A stretch of DNA of 64,000 bases from Clostridia bacterium (GTDB lineage Bacteria; Bacillota; Clostridia; TANB77; CAG-508). Location: positions 11,477-75,476 of the forward strand of contig JAFWYK010000002.1 of NCBI GenBank assembly GCA_017517685.1, given 5' to 3'. The translations under genes were made by a program, and so were the position numbers. Shown piece after piece: positions 49,137 to 59,079 of this stretch. The notes under the pieces are model-generated. The model was not told where the DNA came from, did no database searches, and saw nothing but the letters and a program-made list of their open reading frames with translations. Each line of letters begins with the position of its first letter. The stretch's first letter is position 1.

Positions 49137-50134
49137 AATCTTCCTCCTTTGTTTCTCTTCCTTATAATCAAATATATTCTCAATATAACTGTCATAGTTA
49201 TTAGTATCAAAACGATTATGCAAAAACTAATTAATAGTTTATCTCTTTCTGCTTTTTCTACTTTAGCTATTTCTTTTTTATATTCTTCAACTACTTCTTC
49301 TATAGTTTGTTCTTCACTAGTAGTAGCTTCTGGTAAAAATTTATTATTATTTTCTACTTTTGTAACTCTAATGATTTTTTCATCTTTAACTTCAATTTCT
49401 ACAGTTCCAATTAACTGATAATTGTTTTTTATTCTTACAGTTGTAATACCATTTGATTTTGGTATCATTGTTCCATCGTCCATAATCTCTAATATATCAA
49501 TATGTTCAGTCTCATAAACCAAATCATCTTCAATATCAAATTTCATATTTGCACTATTTATAAGAATATTTTCAATTGATTCTAATTGTTCTATTTCAGT
49601 AACTTCAAAATCATTAATTTCTTTTTTAGTTTCAGTTTTTGTTTCTGTTTTTATTTTTTCTTCTTTTGGTATTATTATTTTTCCGCTTTTTACACTACAT
49701 GAAACGTCATTTCCATCTTTATCACAAACTTCTTTTGCAACTAGTTCTACTGGAATATCAGTCGAATCATCTAAAACTTTAAATGATACTTGATAATATA
49801 AACCTTCTTTATCAAAACCAGTAATATTAATTGCACCCATAGAAACTTTACTTTCTTGTGATACATTTTCAGCTAGTTTAAATGTCGCCGATAAATCTTT
49901 GCCTGCTTTTGAATTTAAAAACTCTAACTTTTTAGAATCATACTTTACATCCAAACTCCAACTAGTAATATTTTTTGAAATATTTTCAGAGTATATTTCA
50001 ATTACTACCTTATTTGAATTTGAATATTTTGTAACATCTTTAATATAAAAGCTAGGCTTTGTTACAGCTTCAACTTTAACAGAAAATAATAATACAAAAA
50101 TTATTAAACAAATTTTAGTAATATTAATTCTCAT
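49133..50134 (-). CDS. Membrane-anchored cohesin-like domain protein
   Basis: Signal peptide; FYIKDVTK...WSLDVKYDSKKLEFLNSKAG cohesin-like signature; C-terminal TM helix plus basic tail (IRKRNKGGRL). Confidence 0.5.
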   Translation of the reverse strand: MRINITKICLIIFVLLFSVKVEAVTKPSFYIKDVTKYSNSNKVVIEIYSENISKNITSWSLDVKYDSKKLEFLNSKAGKDLSATFKLAENVSQESKVSMGAINITGFDKEGLYYQVSFKVLDDSTDIPVELVAKEVCDKDGNDVSCSVKSGKIIIPKEEKIKTETKTETKKEINDFEVTEIEQLESIENILINSANMKFDIEDDLVYETEHIDILEIMDDGTMIPKSNGITTVRIKNNYQLIGTVEIEVKDEKIIRVTKVENNNKFLPEATTSEEQTIEEVVEEYKKEIAKVEKAERDKLLISFCIIVLILITMTVILRIYLIIRKRNKGGRL

Positions 50135-50271
50135 GTATACCTCTCATACCAACGCTTTCATATACTTATGTGCGCTATTATCCCTTTTAATCTATGTATA
50201 CATATAAATTCTATGTCAAAACCTATATAAAATCAATAAAACTGAGGTTACAAGTTTATGTCTTTTTGATA

Positions 50272-50301
50272 ACAAAAAGAAGGATAGTTTCCTATCCTTC
50301 T
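50272..50301 (-). terminator. Intrinsic terminator after the ABC transporter gene
   Basis: AGAAGGATAGtttCCTATCCTTCT followed by a T-run on the minus strand. Confidence 0.6.
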
Positions 50302-50309
50302 TAACAATT

Positions 50310-53300
50310 TTATTCACTTCTTAAAGCAAGCACCGGATCTTTTTTAGCTGCTTGTTTTGATGGTATTAAACCACCTATTAATGTTAGTATTACACTTAGA
50401 ATAACAAGTATCGTTCCTCCTACTGTTGGAAGAATAGCTGTTATATCTTCATTTACACTATGAATTATCATATTTGTAGGTATTAATAGTAGTAAAGTAA
50501 CAACTATACCCATAATACCAGAGAATAATCCAACTATAAATGTTTCTGCATTAAATATAGATGATATATTTCGTTTTGAAGCTCCTATAGCTCTTAATAT
50601 ACCAATCTCTTTTGTACGTTCTAATACAGAAATATAAGTAATAATTCCTATCATTATTGAAGAAACAATTAATGATATACTAACAAATGCAATTAATACA
50701 TAACTTACACTATCTACAATTGTTTTTACTGATGACATTAATATTCCTGTTATATCAGTATAATTAATAACTTTTTCTTCATCCTCTTTTTCCATTTTGT
50801 CATTATAATCATCTAAGAAATCTAAGAATAATTCTTTAGAATCAAAGTTATTAAAGTAGAATGATATATATGAAGGTTCATCTATATCTTGATATCCAAG
50901 AGTAATTAAATTTGTAGTTGCATTTTCTACTGTTGTACTAGACATTGCTTGGAATAAACGTTTCATTTCATCTTCATCCATTTCAAATTTAAATGCTGAA
51001 GCAAATTTATCTGTATCTACATTAAACGCATTTCCCATTTTTTCCATTAATTTTCCTGTTAATTCACCAACTTTTGTTAAAATTGATTTTTGCATAACAG
51101 CTTCTGTCATACCTGGAGCTATTTGATCAGCTACCGCTGTTATCTCTTTTTGTGTTAAAAGAGTATTTACAACAGTATCAATTGTATTTGCAGCTATTGG
51201 CGCTGATAAATCTGCAGTTCCTGCATTTCCACCACCTGGTATTCCAGGAATACTTCCAACTGTATTAGATGTGTTAGTTACAGTATTTCCAACAACTGTA
51301 TTATCAACACTTGTATTTCCAGTATTGGTATTAGTATTTGTATTTGTATTTGTATTATCTCCACCAGGAATTTGTCCTGCAGGTCCTCCAGGAATCATTG
51401 AGCCACCGCCCATTCCTCCACCAGAACCTAACATAGCAACATATCCTTGTAATACACCTTTTATAAGTCCACCATACATTTCTTTAAAAGTATCTTTAGG
51501 AATTACATATTTTGATTCTAAGTCAGAAAGTATTGATTGATTTTCTGATGATTTTAGTCCATCATCAACAATCTTATCAATTTCACTTAGCTTAATCATT
51601 GCAACTCCAGCTGTACCTTTTGAGTTTACATGATCAGTTAATATATTTTTTGTTAATTTCTTTAAACCATCTAAGTATGCTGCTTTAGCCTTTGATGTAT
51701 CTGTTGTTATTGCTGAAGATATTTCTCCGATATAGCCTTCTGTTAATTTCTTAATGTCATCTTCATTAATGTTTACACCAAAAGCTTTTGATAATGCATC
51801 TTCATCTATAGAAACCATATCTTGAAAATCAAGACCAGTATTCTTTTCTTCATCGTCAAAACGTTTACCACTAAATACATTTACATTTTTATCCGCTAAT
51901 TGTTTTTTTACAATTACAGATTTTGCAGCTTCTGACATAACATGTTCTGTTAATGCTTTAGTATATACAACACCTGAAGTCATGCTTCCAGTATTAGATG
52001 TTGGTTTAACAATTGCTGTAACTTTAAGTGGAGTTCCTTCTTTATAAACTTTTTCCATGAAGTCTTCATCATCAGACATATCTTCATAAATATCATATTT
52101 TGGATTGAATTTATATGTCTTTGTTGCATCAATTAACTTAAGTTCAATATTCATAAGTTCATCATATGATAATGTTAAAGGTTTTTCTGTATTTTCTACT
52201 TTTTCGCCTTCTACTAATTTTGCAATCATATCTTCAAGATCATCCAGGTCTCTTAATCCTAAAGCATATAATAATAAGTCAGATACTGAATCTTCATCTG
52301 GAAGAACAAGCATTATTTCATCATAATTCTCTGGCCATTTACCTTCAATAATTTCGTATTGTTCTTCGACCATATCCATATTATCAACCATTTGACTAAA
52401 AATAGTTATGCCCATTCCCATCATGCTTGAAGAACTACCCATTAATGATGAAATAAAATCACTTGGATTTAGAAGCATTAATTCATCTGTATTTCTATCC
52501 TTAGTATAAATCATTGGAGAAACAGAATATTGATAATTAATATAAGAAACCATCTTATCTACTTCTTCTTTGTTTTCTTCTACATAATGTTTAAAAGATT
52601 TTAAATCATTTTTTCCAACAGTAGCAAACATATCAGCTATATTTTGTTTTTCTACTACTGTTCTATCTTTTTTCTCTTTTTCTTCTTCATTTTCTACTTG
52701 TCCTAATAAAAGTGCAGCAGCATCTGCTGTTTCAGATTCAAGTGTAAGTGGATATGAAGTAAGAGTATCTTCTTGAATTTTATCTATATAATTTTGAAAT
52801 CCTGTAGATAAAGATAAAATCATCGCAATACCAATAATACCAATTGAACCAGCAAAAGATGTTAGTATTGTACGCCCTTTTTTAGTAAGTAAGTTATTTA
52901 AACTTAGTGTAAATGCTGTTAACATAGACATTGACGACTTACCTAAGTTTTTATGTTTTGGTTTTTCTCTACCTTTTTTCTCTACATTAAATGGATTAGA
53001 ATCATCTGTTATTTTTCCATCTCTTAATTTTACTATTCTTGTTGAATATTGTTCAGCAAGCTCTGGATTATGTGTTACCATTACAACCAAACGATCTTTG
53101 GCAACTTCTTTTAATAATTCCATAACTTGAACACTAGTTACAGTATCAAGAGCACCAGTTGGCTCGTCAGCTAATAAAATATCTGGATCATTAACTAAAG
53201 CTCTTGCTATTGCAACCCTTTGCATTTGTCCACCAGACATTTGTGTAGGTTTTTTATGAGCTTGTTCTCTTAACCCAACTTTTTCTAACGCTTCTAAAGC

Positions 53301-53663
53301 TCTTCTTTTTCTTGTTCTTTTTGAAATACCGCTAATTGTTAAAGCAAGTTCAACGTTTGCAAGAATTGTTTGGTGAGGTATTAAGTTATAACTTTGAAAT
53401 ACAAATCCAACTGTATGATTTCTATATGAATCCCAATCTCTATCTTTGTATTTTTTAGTTGATACATTATTGATAATTAAATCACCTTTATTGTATCTAT
53501 CAAGTCCACCTATAATATTAAGTAATGTTGTTTTTCCAGAACCAGAAGGTCCAAGTATTGAAACAAATTCATTGTCTCTAAAACTTAAACTAACATCATC
53601 AAGTGCAACTTGTACTAAATCGCCAGTTTTAAATTGTTTAGATATATTTTTGATTTGTAACAT
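50310..53663 (-). CDS. Fused MacB-type ABC transporter: ATPase, large extracytoplasmic domain and FtsX permease
   Basis: Walker A GPSGSGKTTLLN, LSGGQ signature, Walker B ILLADEPTGALD; C-terminal FtsX-like 4-TM domain; 1117 aa; internal TNTNTNTNTNTG repeat. Confidence 0.75.
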   Translation of the reverse strand: MLQIKNISKQFKTGDLVQVALDDVSLSFRDNEFVSILGPSGSGKTTLLNIIGGLDRYNKGDLIINNVSTKKYKDRDWDSYRNHTVGFVFQSYNLIPHQTILANVELALTISGISKRTRKRRALEALEKVGLREQAHKKPTQMSGGQMQRVAIARALVNDPDILLADEPTGALDTVTSVQVMELLKEVAKDRLVVMVTHNPELAEQYSTRIVKLRDGKITDDSNPFNVEKKGREKPKHKNLGKSSMSMLTAFTLSLNNLLTKKGRTILTSFAGSIGIIGIAMILSLSTGFQNYIDKIQEDTLTSYPLTLESETADAAALLLGQVENEEEKEKKDRTVVEKQNIADMFATVGKNDLKSFKHYVEENKEEVDKMVSYINYQYSVSPMIYTKDRNTDELMLLNPSDFISSLMGSSSSMMGMGITIFSQMVDNMDMVEEQYEIIEGKWPENYDEIMLVLPDEDSVSDLLLYALGLRDLDDLEDMIAKLVEGEKVENTEKPLTLSYDELMNIELKLIDATKTYKFNPKYDIYEDMSDDEDFMEKVYKEGTPLKVTAIVKPTSNTGSMTSGVVYTKALTEHVMSEAAKSVIVKKQLADKNVNVFSGKRFDDEEKNTGLDFQDMVSIDEDALSKAFGVNINEDDIKKLTEGYIGEISSAITTDTSKAKAAYLDGLKKLTKNILTDHVNSKGTAGVAMIKLSEIDKIVDDGLKSSENQSILSDLESKYVIPKDTFKEMYGGLIKGVLQGYVAMLGSGGGMGGGSMIPGGPAGQIPGGDNTNTNTNTNTNTGNTSVDNTVVGNTVTNTSNTVGSIPGIPGGGNAGTADLSAPIAANTIDTVVNTLLTQKEITAVADQIAPGMTEAVMQKSILTKVGELTGKLMEKMGNAFNVDTDKFASAFKFEMDEDEMKRLFQAMSSTTVENATTNLITLGYQDIDEPSYISFYFNNFDSKELFLDFLDDYNDKMEKEDEEKVINYTDITGILMSSVKTIVDSVSYVLIAFVSISLIVSSIMIGIITYISVLERTKEIGILRAIGASKRNISSIFNAETFIVGLFSGIMGIVVTLLLLIPTNMIIHSVNEDITAILPTVGGTILVILSVILTLIGGLIPSKQAAKKDPVLALRSE

Positions 53664-53814
53664 TTTTTCCTCCGCTTACAATCCTTTTTTATCACACTTT
53701 ATTTTACATCTAATATTCAACAAATTCAATAATTTTATATTTCATTTTCATATCATTTTTGACATGTATTATTTTATTTAATATATATTAACTCTATATG
53801 AACATATTCGTTAA

Positions 53815-53850
53815 AATCAAAAAAGATTGAGTAAAACTCAATCTTTTTTA
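53815..53850. terminator. Bidirectional intrinsic terminator
   Basis: AAAAGATTGAGtaaaaCTCAATCTTTTTT. Confidence 0.6.
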
Positions 53851-53856
53851 TACTTA

Positions 53857-54834
53857 TTATCCTACAAACATTTTTACCATATATAATGCATAACAAATTA
53901 AATAAATTACACCGTTTCTTTTACTCATCATATTTTTTGGTGGTATATATTGGAATAAAAATAAAAGAACTCCAGCAGCAAAACAAATTATTAAATCCAT
54001 ATTATATTCAATGTTATAAGTAATCGGTTTAATAAGTGATGCTACACCAATAATAAATGTCAAATTAAATATATTTGATCCTATAATATTTCCTACTGAA
54101 ATATCACTATTACCTCTAATTGCAGCTACAACACTTGTTACAAGTTCTGGTAAACTTGTACCAATTGCAATAATTGTTAAACTAATTACTTTTTCACTAA
54201 TACCTAAACTCTCTGCAATAATAATAGAATTATCAACTATAAAATCTCCACCAAATTTTAATGCAACCATACCAATTGCTATTTTCAAGATACAATTTAA
54301 TATTGAATCATGTTTATCAACTGGTTTTTTGTCATGTTCCTTATCTGCATTTTCAAGTTCTGGCTCTGAGTCGAATTTTTCTCCTTTAATACCCATTGCA
54401 ACTGTATAACCAATAAATAGATTAAACAAAACAAGTAATACGATTGCTTCTGGTCTTGTAATAATATTTCCTGTATTACATATTACAAAGAAAATCATTG
54501 TATAAGCAATACATAATGGAACTTCTATATATCTTGTTTCTCTTTTTAATTTAAGTCTTCTTATTGAAGCAGAAACACCCAAAATTAATAATAAATTACA
54601 AATATTACTTCCGATAACATTTCCTAAAGACATATCAGAATATCCTTTGGTTGCTGAATTAATACTAACTAACAATTCTGGAAGTGATGTACCTATAGAA
54701 ACAATTGTAAGTCCTATTACTATTTCTGGAATATGAAATTTTTTTGCTATAGCACTTGATCCTTCTACTAAAAAATCTGCACCTTTAATTAATAAAACAA
54801 ATCCAACGATAATCAATAATACTGGTATTAGCAT
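53857..54834 (-). CDS. CaCA family sodium/calcium exchanger (YrbG-like)
   Basis: Two alpha-repeat motifs GNVIGSNICNLLLILG and GNIIGSNIFNLTFIIG. Confidence 0.8.
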   Translation of the reverse strand: MLIPVLLIIVGFVLLIKGADFLVEGSSAIAKKFHIPEIVIGLTIVSIGTSLPELLVSINSATKGYSDMSLGNVIGSNICNLLLILGVSASIRRLKLKRETRYIEVPLCIAYTMIFFVICNTGNIITRPEAIVLLVLFNLFIGYTVAMGIKGEKFDSEPELENADKEHDKKPVDKHDSILNCILKIAIGMVALKFGGDFIVDNSIIIAESLGISEKVISLTIIAIGTSLPELVTSVVAAIRGNSDISVGNIIGSNIFNLTFIIGVASLIKPITYNIEYNMDLIICFAAGVLLFLFQYIPPKNMMSKRNGVIYLICYALYMVKMFVG

Positions 54835-55038
54835 TATTCATTCCTCCTTAAAATCATTTATCACTAAGACTAAATTATAATCATATTTTACATAAAAATC
54901 AATATTTTAAAACAAAAAAATAACATCTATTGATGTTATTTAATTTATATATTCTAAAAGGTTATCCATATTTTTTCTTGCATCATCATATCCTAAATCA
55001 TATATTCTTTGCAGTTTTTCTGGATTTTTTTCTAGTAA

Positions 55039-55710
55039 TTACCATACATAAGGAATTAATCTATATTTTACCTTTTTCTTATATTCAGAATATCCTTTTA
55101 ATCCTTTTTCTAAAACAGCTTCTTCATTTTCTATTCTTTTTCTTATAACAAAAGGATAAAAAATAAATACTAAAAGTCCAATTTTAGATCCCAAAACTAA
55201 AGGCATAGCTAAAAACATTAAAATTGTTGCTAGATACATTGGATGTCTAACCATAGCATATAATCCTGTATCAATAACTTCTTGATTTTCTTGCACTTCT
55301 ACAGTTCTTGATAAATACTTATTTTCTCTTAATACTTCCATATACATTATATACCCAAATAAGAATAATATACTTGCTTCAACTGTTTCTATTTTAGTCA
55401 TATTAGACCAACCATATTTAAAATCTAAAGAAGTAACAATAAATCCAATTATAAGGATAAGTCCTGATATAGCAATTACTCCTCTTTGCGTTTTTTCTTT
55501 TTCTCTTAACGCCATTCTTTTTTCCAAAAGTTCTGGTGATTTCACAAAAAGAATAATTCCAATACCTATCATGGGAATAAATAGTAATCCTAAAAATAAC
55601 CATGCATTTGGATAATTAAATGTGCCAACTGGCAAAAATAATAATAGCATGCAAATTACAAATCCAAGAGCTAATTTTATAAATGCACTTAATAATAGTT
55701 TTATTTTCAT
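55039..55710 (-). CDS. Isoprenylcysteine carboxyl methyltransferase / phospholipid methyltransferase family membrane protein
   Basis: RHPMYLATILMFLAMPLVLGS C-terminal ICMT/PEMT motif. Confidence 0.7.
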   Translation of the reverse strand: MKIKLLLSAFIKLALGFVICMLLLFLPVGTFNYPNAWLFLGLLFIPMIGIGIILFVKSPELLEKRMALREKEKTQRGVIAISGLILIIGFIVTSLDFKYGWSNMTKIETVEASILFLFGYIMYMEVLRENKYLSRTVEVQENQEVIDTGLYAMVRHPMYLATILMFLAMPLVLGSKIGLLVFIFYPFVIRKRIENEEAVLEKGLKGYSEYKKKVKYRLIPYVW

Positions 55711-55815
55711 AAGAATCTTCTCCTATACCTTTAATGACAATATCTTATATTATTTTTTTATTTTATTCAACATTATTAAATAAAAATCCTTACTATTTTA
55801 GTAAGGATTAATGAA

Positions 55816-56415
55816 TTATGATGCCATTGATTCTGCTGGAATATAATTTGCTTCAGCAAGTGTATATATTTTATTTTCTTTACTATCTTTATTTGAAAAG
55901 TATCCTATACAAGATGTTATTAAAACAACACCTTGAAGAATTGCCCCAAATACAGATTTAATTACTATACTATCAACAATAACAATTAGTGTTACTGGTA
56001 TTCCCATAAATCTATATATTTTTGTATTTTTTTGCCATATAGAATAAGTATAAAGCATTGAGCCACAAGCATATAAAAGTGATAATGGTCCATTATATGT
56101 AAAATAAATTGAAATTAAATTTAAACTATAGATAAAACTTATAAGCACCATATCTTTTTTAGTAATAACTTTACTTTTACCATTTATTCTTTCATCTATT
56201 AAAAAGATTATATCCCTTAAAATTGAAATTGCACACATTGCAGAACTTGTATATGATCCAAGCAATATAAAAGTTATTGCATTTAAAAAATTAGACATAA
56301 AGCTAAAAACTATTATCCATTTTCTATTTTTTACTACATATGTTAAAGATAAAAATACATATACAAAAATTACGATTATTTGTGAAGCTATATATTGTGT
56401 TGTTAATTCTGCCAC
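55816..56415 (-). CDS. Small polytopic membrane protein (possibly YgjV-like)
   Basis: Six predicted TM helices; no diagnostic motif. Confidence 0.35.
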   Translation of the reverse strand: MAELTTQYIASQIIVIFVYVFLSLTYVVKNRKWIIVFSFMSNFLNAITFILLGSYTSSAMCAISILRDIIFLIDERINGKSKVITKKDMVLISFIYSLNLISIYFTYNGPLSLLYACGSMLYTYSIWQKNTKIYRFMGIPVTLIVIVDSIVIKSVFGAILQGVVLITSCIGYFSNKDSKENKIYTLAEANYIPAESMAS

Positions 56416-56624
56416 TAAAATTCTCCTTTGTTAAAATGTTTATATTAATAATGCTTTTTAAAAAATTGCGCACCTTTTACTTTATACCATGAATCGAAAA
56501 ATAAAATCAAATACGTTTAAAGTTTTTTAAAGTTTAAAAAAGATGTCTATTTTAAAATAGACACCTTAAAATCTTTTAATCTTTCTTAATCATAAGTATG
56601 CGTGAGTATGCACATCCTTCAACA

Positions 56625-57419
56625 CTAATTAGCTGCTACTATCGCACCATAAGCAACTGAAAACTCTGAATCTTCTGGAACAAAAAAATTAATATTTTTT
56701 ACTTTTTCAATTCTATCTAGAACTGTTCTTACACCTGGAAGTCCCGTTATATTACCTATTAAAACTACATCTTTATTTTCTTTTTTATCGACAATAAATA
56801 CAGCCATCATACCAATTATTTCAAACACCATATTTATTAATCCTGCAGCAATATCTTCTGGTCTAGATTCTTGATTTAATTTTCCAAAATTTGCAAGCGT
56901 TAAATCTAAAGGTAAAGTTTCTATTTCTTGAGTTGTAATATCTTTAATTCTTAAATCTACTTTCTCAACATCTCCATTTTCTATTAATTCAAGCATTTCA
57001 TCAAAATTTGTAATTTTTAAGAACGCTTTAGAAAAATTAAACAATGTTCCTGCACCAAGACCTGTACCACCTAAATGTTTACACTCATTTTTGTTTGAAT
57101 CGATAAATGCAGTTCCTGTTCCAACACTTACAATTAATGCTTCATCTTTATCTGTTAAAGCTAAAGCCCCTTTAGCAATAGAGGTAAATTCATCAATTAT
57201 AAAAGTATTTTCTCCATAATCTTCTTTGATTATTTTATCTGCACCAATTCCTGTAAATACTACTTTTTCAATATTTTCTATTTCATTATTTTTCAAAAAT
57301 TCTTCGTATATTTCTTTTGAAAATCTTCCTCTAATTATTGCTTTACTAATTATCTCACCATTTTTAACTTCAATTATCTTTGTTGTTGAAGTTCCAATAT
57401 CTATACCAATTGCGCTCAT
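56625..57419 (-). CDS. ASKHA-fold kinase, possibly type II pantothenate kinase (CoaW-like)
   Basis: MSAIGIDIGTSTTKI phosphate-1 motif; GGTGLGAGT motif; start set at MSAIG because AGGAG lies 7 nt upstream. Confidence 0.45.
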   Translation of the reverse strand: MSAIGIDIGTSTTKIIEVKNGEIISKAIIRGRFSKEIYEEFLKNNEIENIEKVVFTGIGADKIIKEDYGENTFIIDEFTSIAKGALALTDKDEALIVSVGTGTAFIDSNKNECKHLGGTGLGAGTLFNFSKAFLKITNFDEMLELIENGDVEKVDLRIKDITTQEIETLPLDLTLANFGKLNQESRPEDIAAGLINMVFEIIGMMAVFIVDKKENKDVVLIGNITGLPGVRTVLDRIEKVKNINFFVPEDSEFSVAYGAIVAAN

Positions 57420-57501
57420 AACTTTTCTCCTTAAGTAAAATTTTACTATAAAAATAATATCAAAAAAGCAGCAATTTTTCAATCACTGCTTTTATATATC
57501 T

Positions 57502-58128
57502 TTAACTTTTTACTGTATAATAAATGCTATAATATGCAACAACTAAACATGTACCAAATAATATACCTAAAGCTACTAAAAAATCTATAAATGCTGTAAT
57601 GAAAACAGCAATTCCTCCTATCACAAAACTATATCCCATAGTTCTTGCAAGTTTTTTATAAGCTTCTTCTGTCTTTGGAACAATATTCATTGTTCTTTTA
57701 GCATCTTCATAACTCATTTTAGGTGTATAATTTCCCATTAATATAAAGAATATTGCAATTATTGCAATAACAATATTTCCTACATTATATTTGAAGTTTA
57801 ACGCAGTTCCAACACTCATTGTAAATAACGCACATGTTAAAACTGGTACAAACCATCTTACCACTTTATTAAATTTATTCTCTTTTTTCTCAGGATCTCT
57901 TGATAAATCCATTGCTAAACTGCAAACAAAATTAAGAACTACCATTACTAAAGGATACACAAATAAAACTAACCATTTTGGATCGTATCTGTCAACTTCA
58001 TTTTTAAAATTAAAATGTCCTGGCAGTTTATCTGGAAGATCATGGTACATAAGCATACCTAAAAAAATTGGTAACAAACATATAAATGTTGTTATAAGTA
58101 ATGATTTTAAATTAATTTTCTTTTTCAT
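57502..58128 (-). CDS. SdpI/YhfL-like membrane protein
   Basis: About 207 aa, 5-6 TM helices; overlaps and follows an ArsR/SdpR-type regulator gene. Confidence 0.5.
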   Translation of the reverse strand: MKKKINLKSLLITTFICLLPIFLGMLMYHDLPDKLPGHFNFKNEVDRYDPKWLVLFVYPLVMVVLNFVCSLAMDLSRDPEKKENKFNKVVRWFVPVLTCALFTMSVGTALNFKYNVGNIVIAIIAIFFILMGNYTPKMSYEDAKRTMNIVPKTEEAYKKLARTMGYSFVIGGIAVFITAFIDFLVALGILFGTCLVVAYYSIYYTVKS

Positions 58129-58394
58129 TATTTCTTCCCTCCTAAACTATAAATCCAAGATAATACTTCTTCAAATACAGAAGCATTTAGTTCATAATAA
58201 ATGTAATTCTTCCATTTACTTTCTTCAATTAAATCTGCTTTTTTTAATATTGAAAGATGATATGATACTGTAGCTTGAGTTAAATTAAATTGTTCAGCAA
58301 TCTCTCCTGCTGACATTCTTTTCTTTTTTAGTAATTCTAAAATATCTCTTCTTACAGGATCTGATATCGCCTTTAAAGTTTCAGACATTCCCAT
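58128..58394 (-). CDS. ArsR/SmtB-family HTH transcriptional regulator (SdpR-like)
   Basis: ISDPVRRDILELL...ATVSYHLSILKKADLIE winged-HTH. Confidence 0.8.
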   Translation of the reverse strand: MGMSETLKAISDPVRRDILELLKKKRMSAGEIAEQFNLTQATVSYHLSILKKADLIEESKWKNYIYYELNASVFEEVLSWIYSLGGKK

Positions 58395-58530
58395 AAACTC
58401 TTCTCCTTAATCTATTTCGAATTGTTTCTAAATAGATTATATAATTTCTTTTATAGTTTGTCAATAACTATATAGATATTTTTCTAAATAGTTTAAATAA
58501 AAATAGCTAGCTTTTTAGGCTAGCTAAGAT

Positions 58531-58950
58531 TTATTCTTTTACTAAAATTTCTTCCATTTTTGCATATAACTCTGGTCTTTCTTTTTTAATATTAATTACT
58601 TTAAATGTTTCTTTACTTGCCCAAGCAAGTGTTGTTCTACCTACATTTAAATGATTTCCATTTTTATCGTATATATTATATTCAACAGTAAATTTGGCTG
58701 GAGATAATTCAACAAGCTTTGTTCTAATTTCAACTTCTTGATTGTAATAAGCAGGTCTTTTATATTTACAATTAAGTTCAACAATAGGTGTCATTATTCC
58801 ACTTTTTTCAATTTGATCATATTCCATTCCTATACTATTAAAATAATCTGTTCTAGCTTGTTCATACCAAATCGCATATACAGAATGATGAATAATTCCC
58901 ATTTGATCAGTTTCAGCATATCTTGGTAATATCTTTGTAATTGCCTCCAT
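58531..58950 (-). CDS. Hotdog-fold acyl-CoA thioesterase (YbgC/4HBT-like)
   Basis: ETDQMGIIHHSVYAIWYEQAR. Confidence 0.75.
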   Translation of the reverse strand: MEAITKILPRYAETDQMGIIHHSVYAIWYEQARTDYFNSIGMEYDQIEKSGIMTPIVELNCKYKRPAYYNQEVEIRTKLVELSPAKFTVEYNIYDKNGNHLNVGRTTLAWASKETFKVINIKKERPELYAKMEEILVKE

Positions 58951-59029
58951 AATTTTCCTCCAATTTTATATTTAATATAATATCACACATTTATCTTAGT
59001 ATCAACATTTCTGACCACTCATTATAATT

Positions 59030-59065
59030 CATAAAAATTGAAAGGGCGGCCATAACATGCCGCCC
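59030..59065 (-). terminator. GC-rich intrinsic terminator after the alpha/beta hydrolase gene
   Basis: GGGCGGCcataacatGCCGCCC with a T-rich tail on the minus strand. Confidence 0.6.
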
Positions 59066-59079
59066 AACGTCTTCATCTC

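Noticed and set aside
51271-51540. 89 aa plus-strand Pro-rich ORF
   Set aside because: Antisense to the ABC transporter repeat region; no start context.
55418-55603. 61 aa minus-strand ORF within the ICMT-family gene
   Set aside because: Alternative frame embedded within a longer, motif-bearing ORF.
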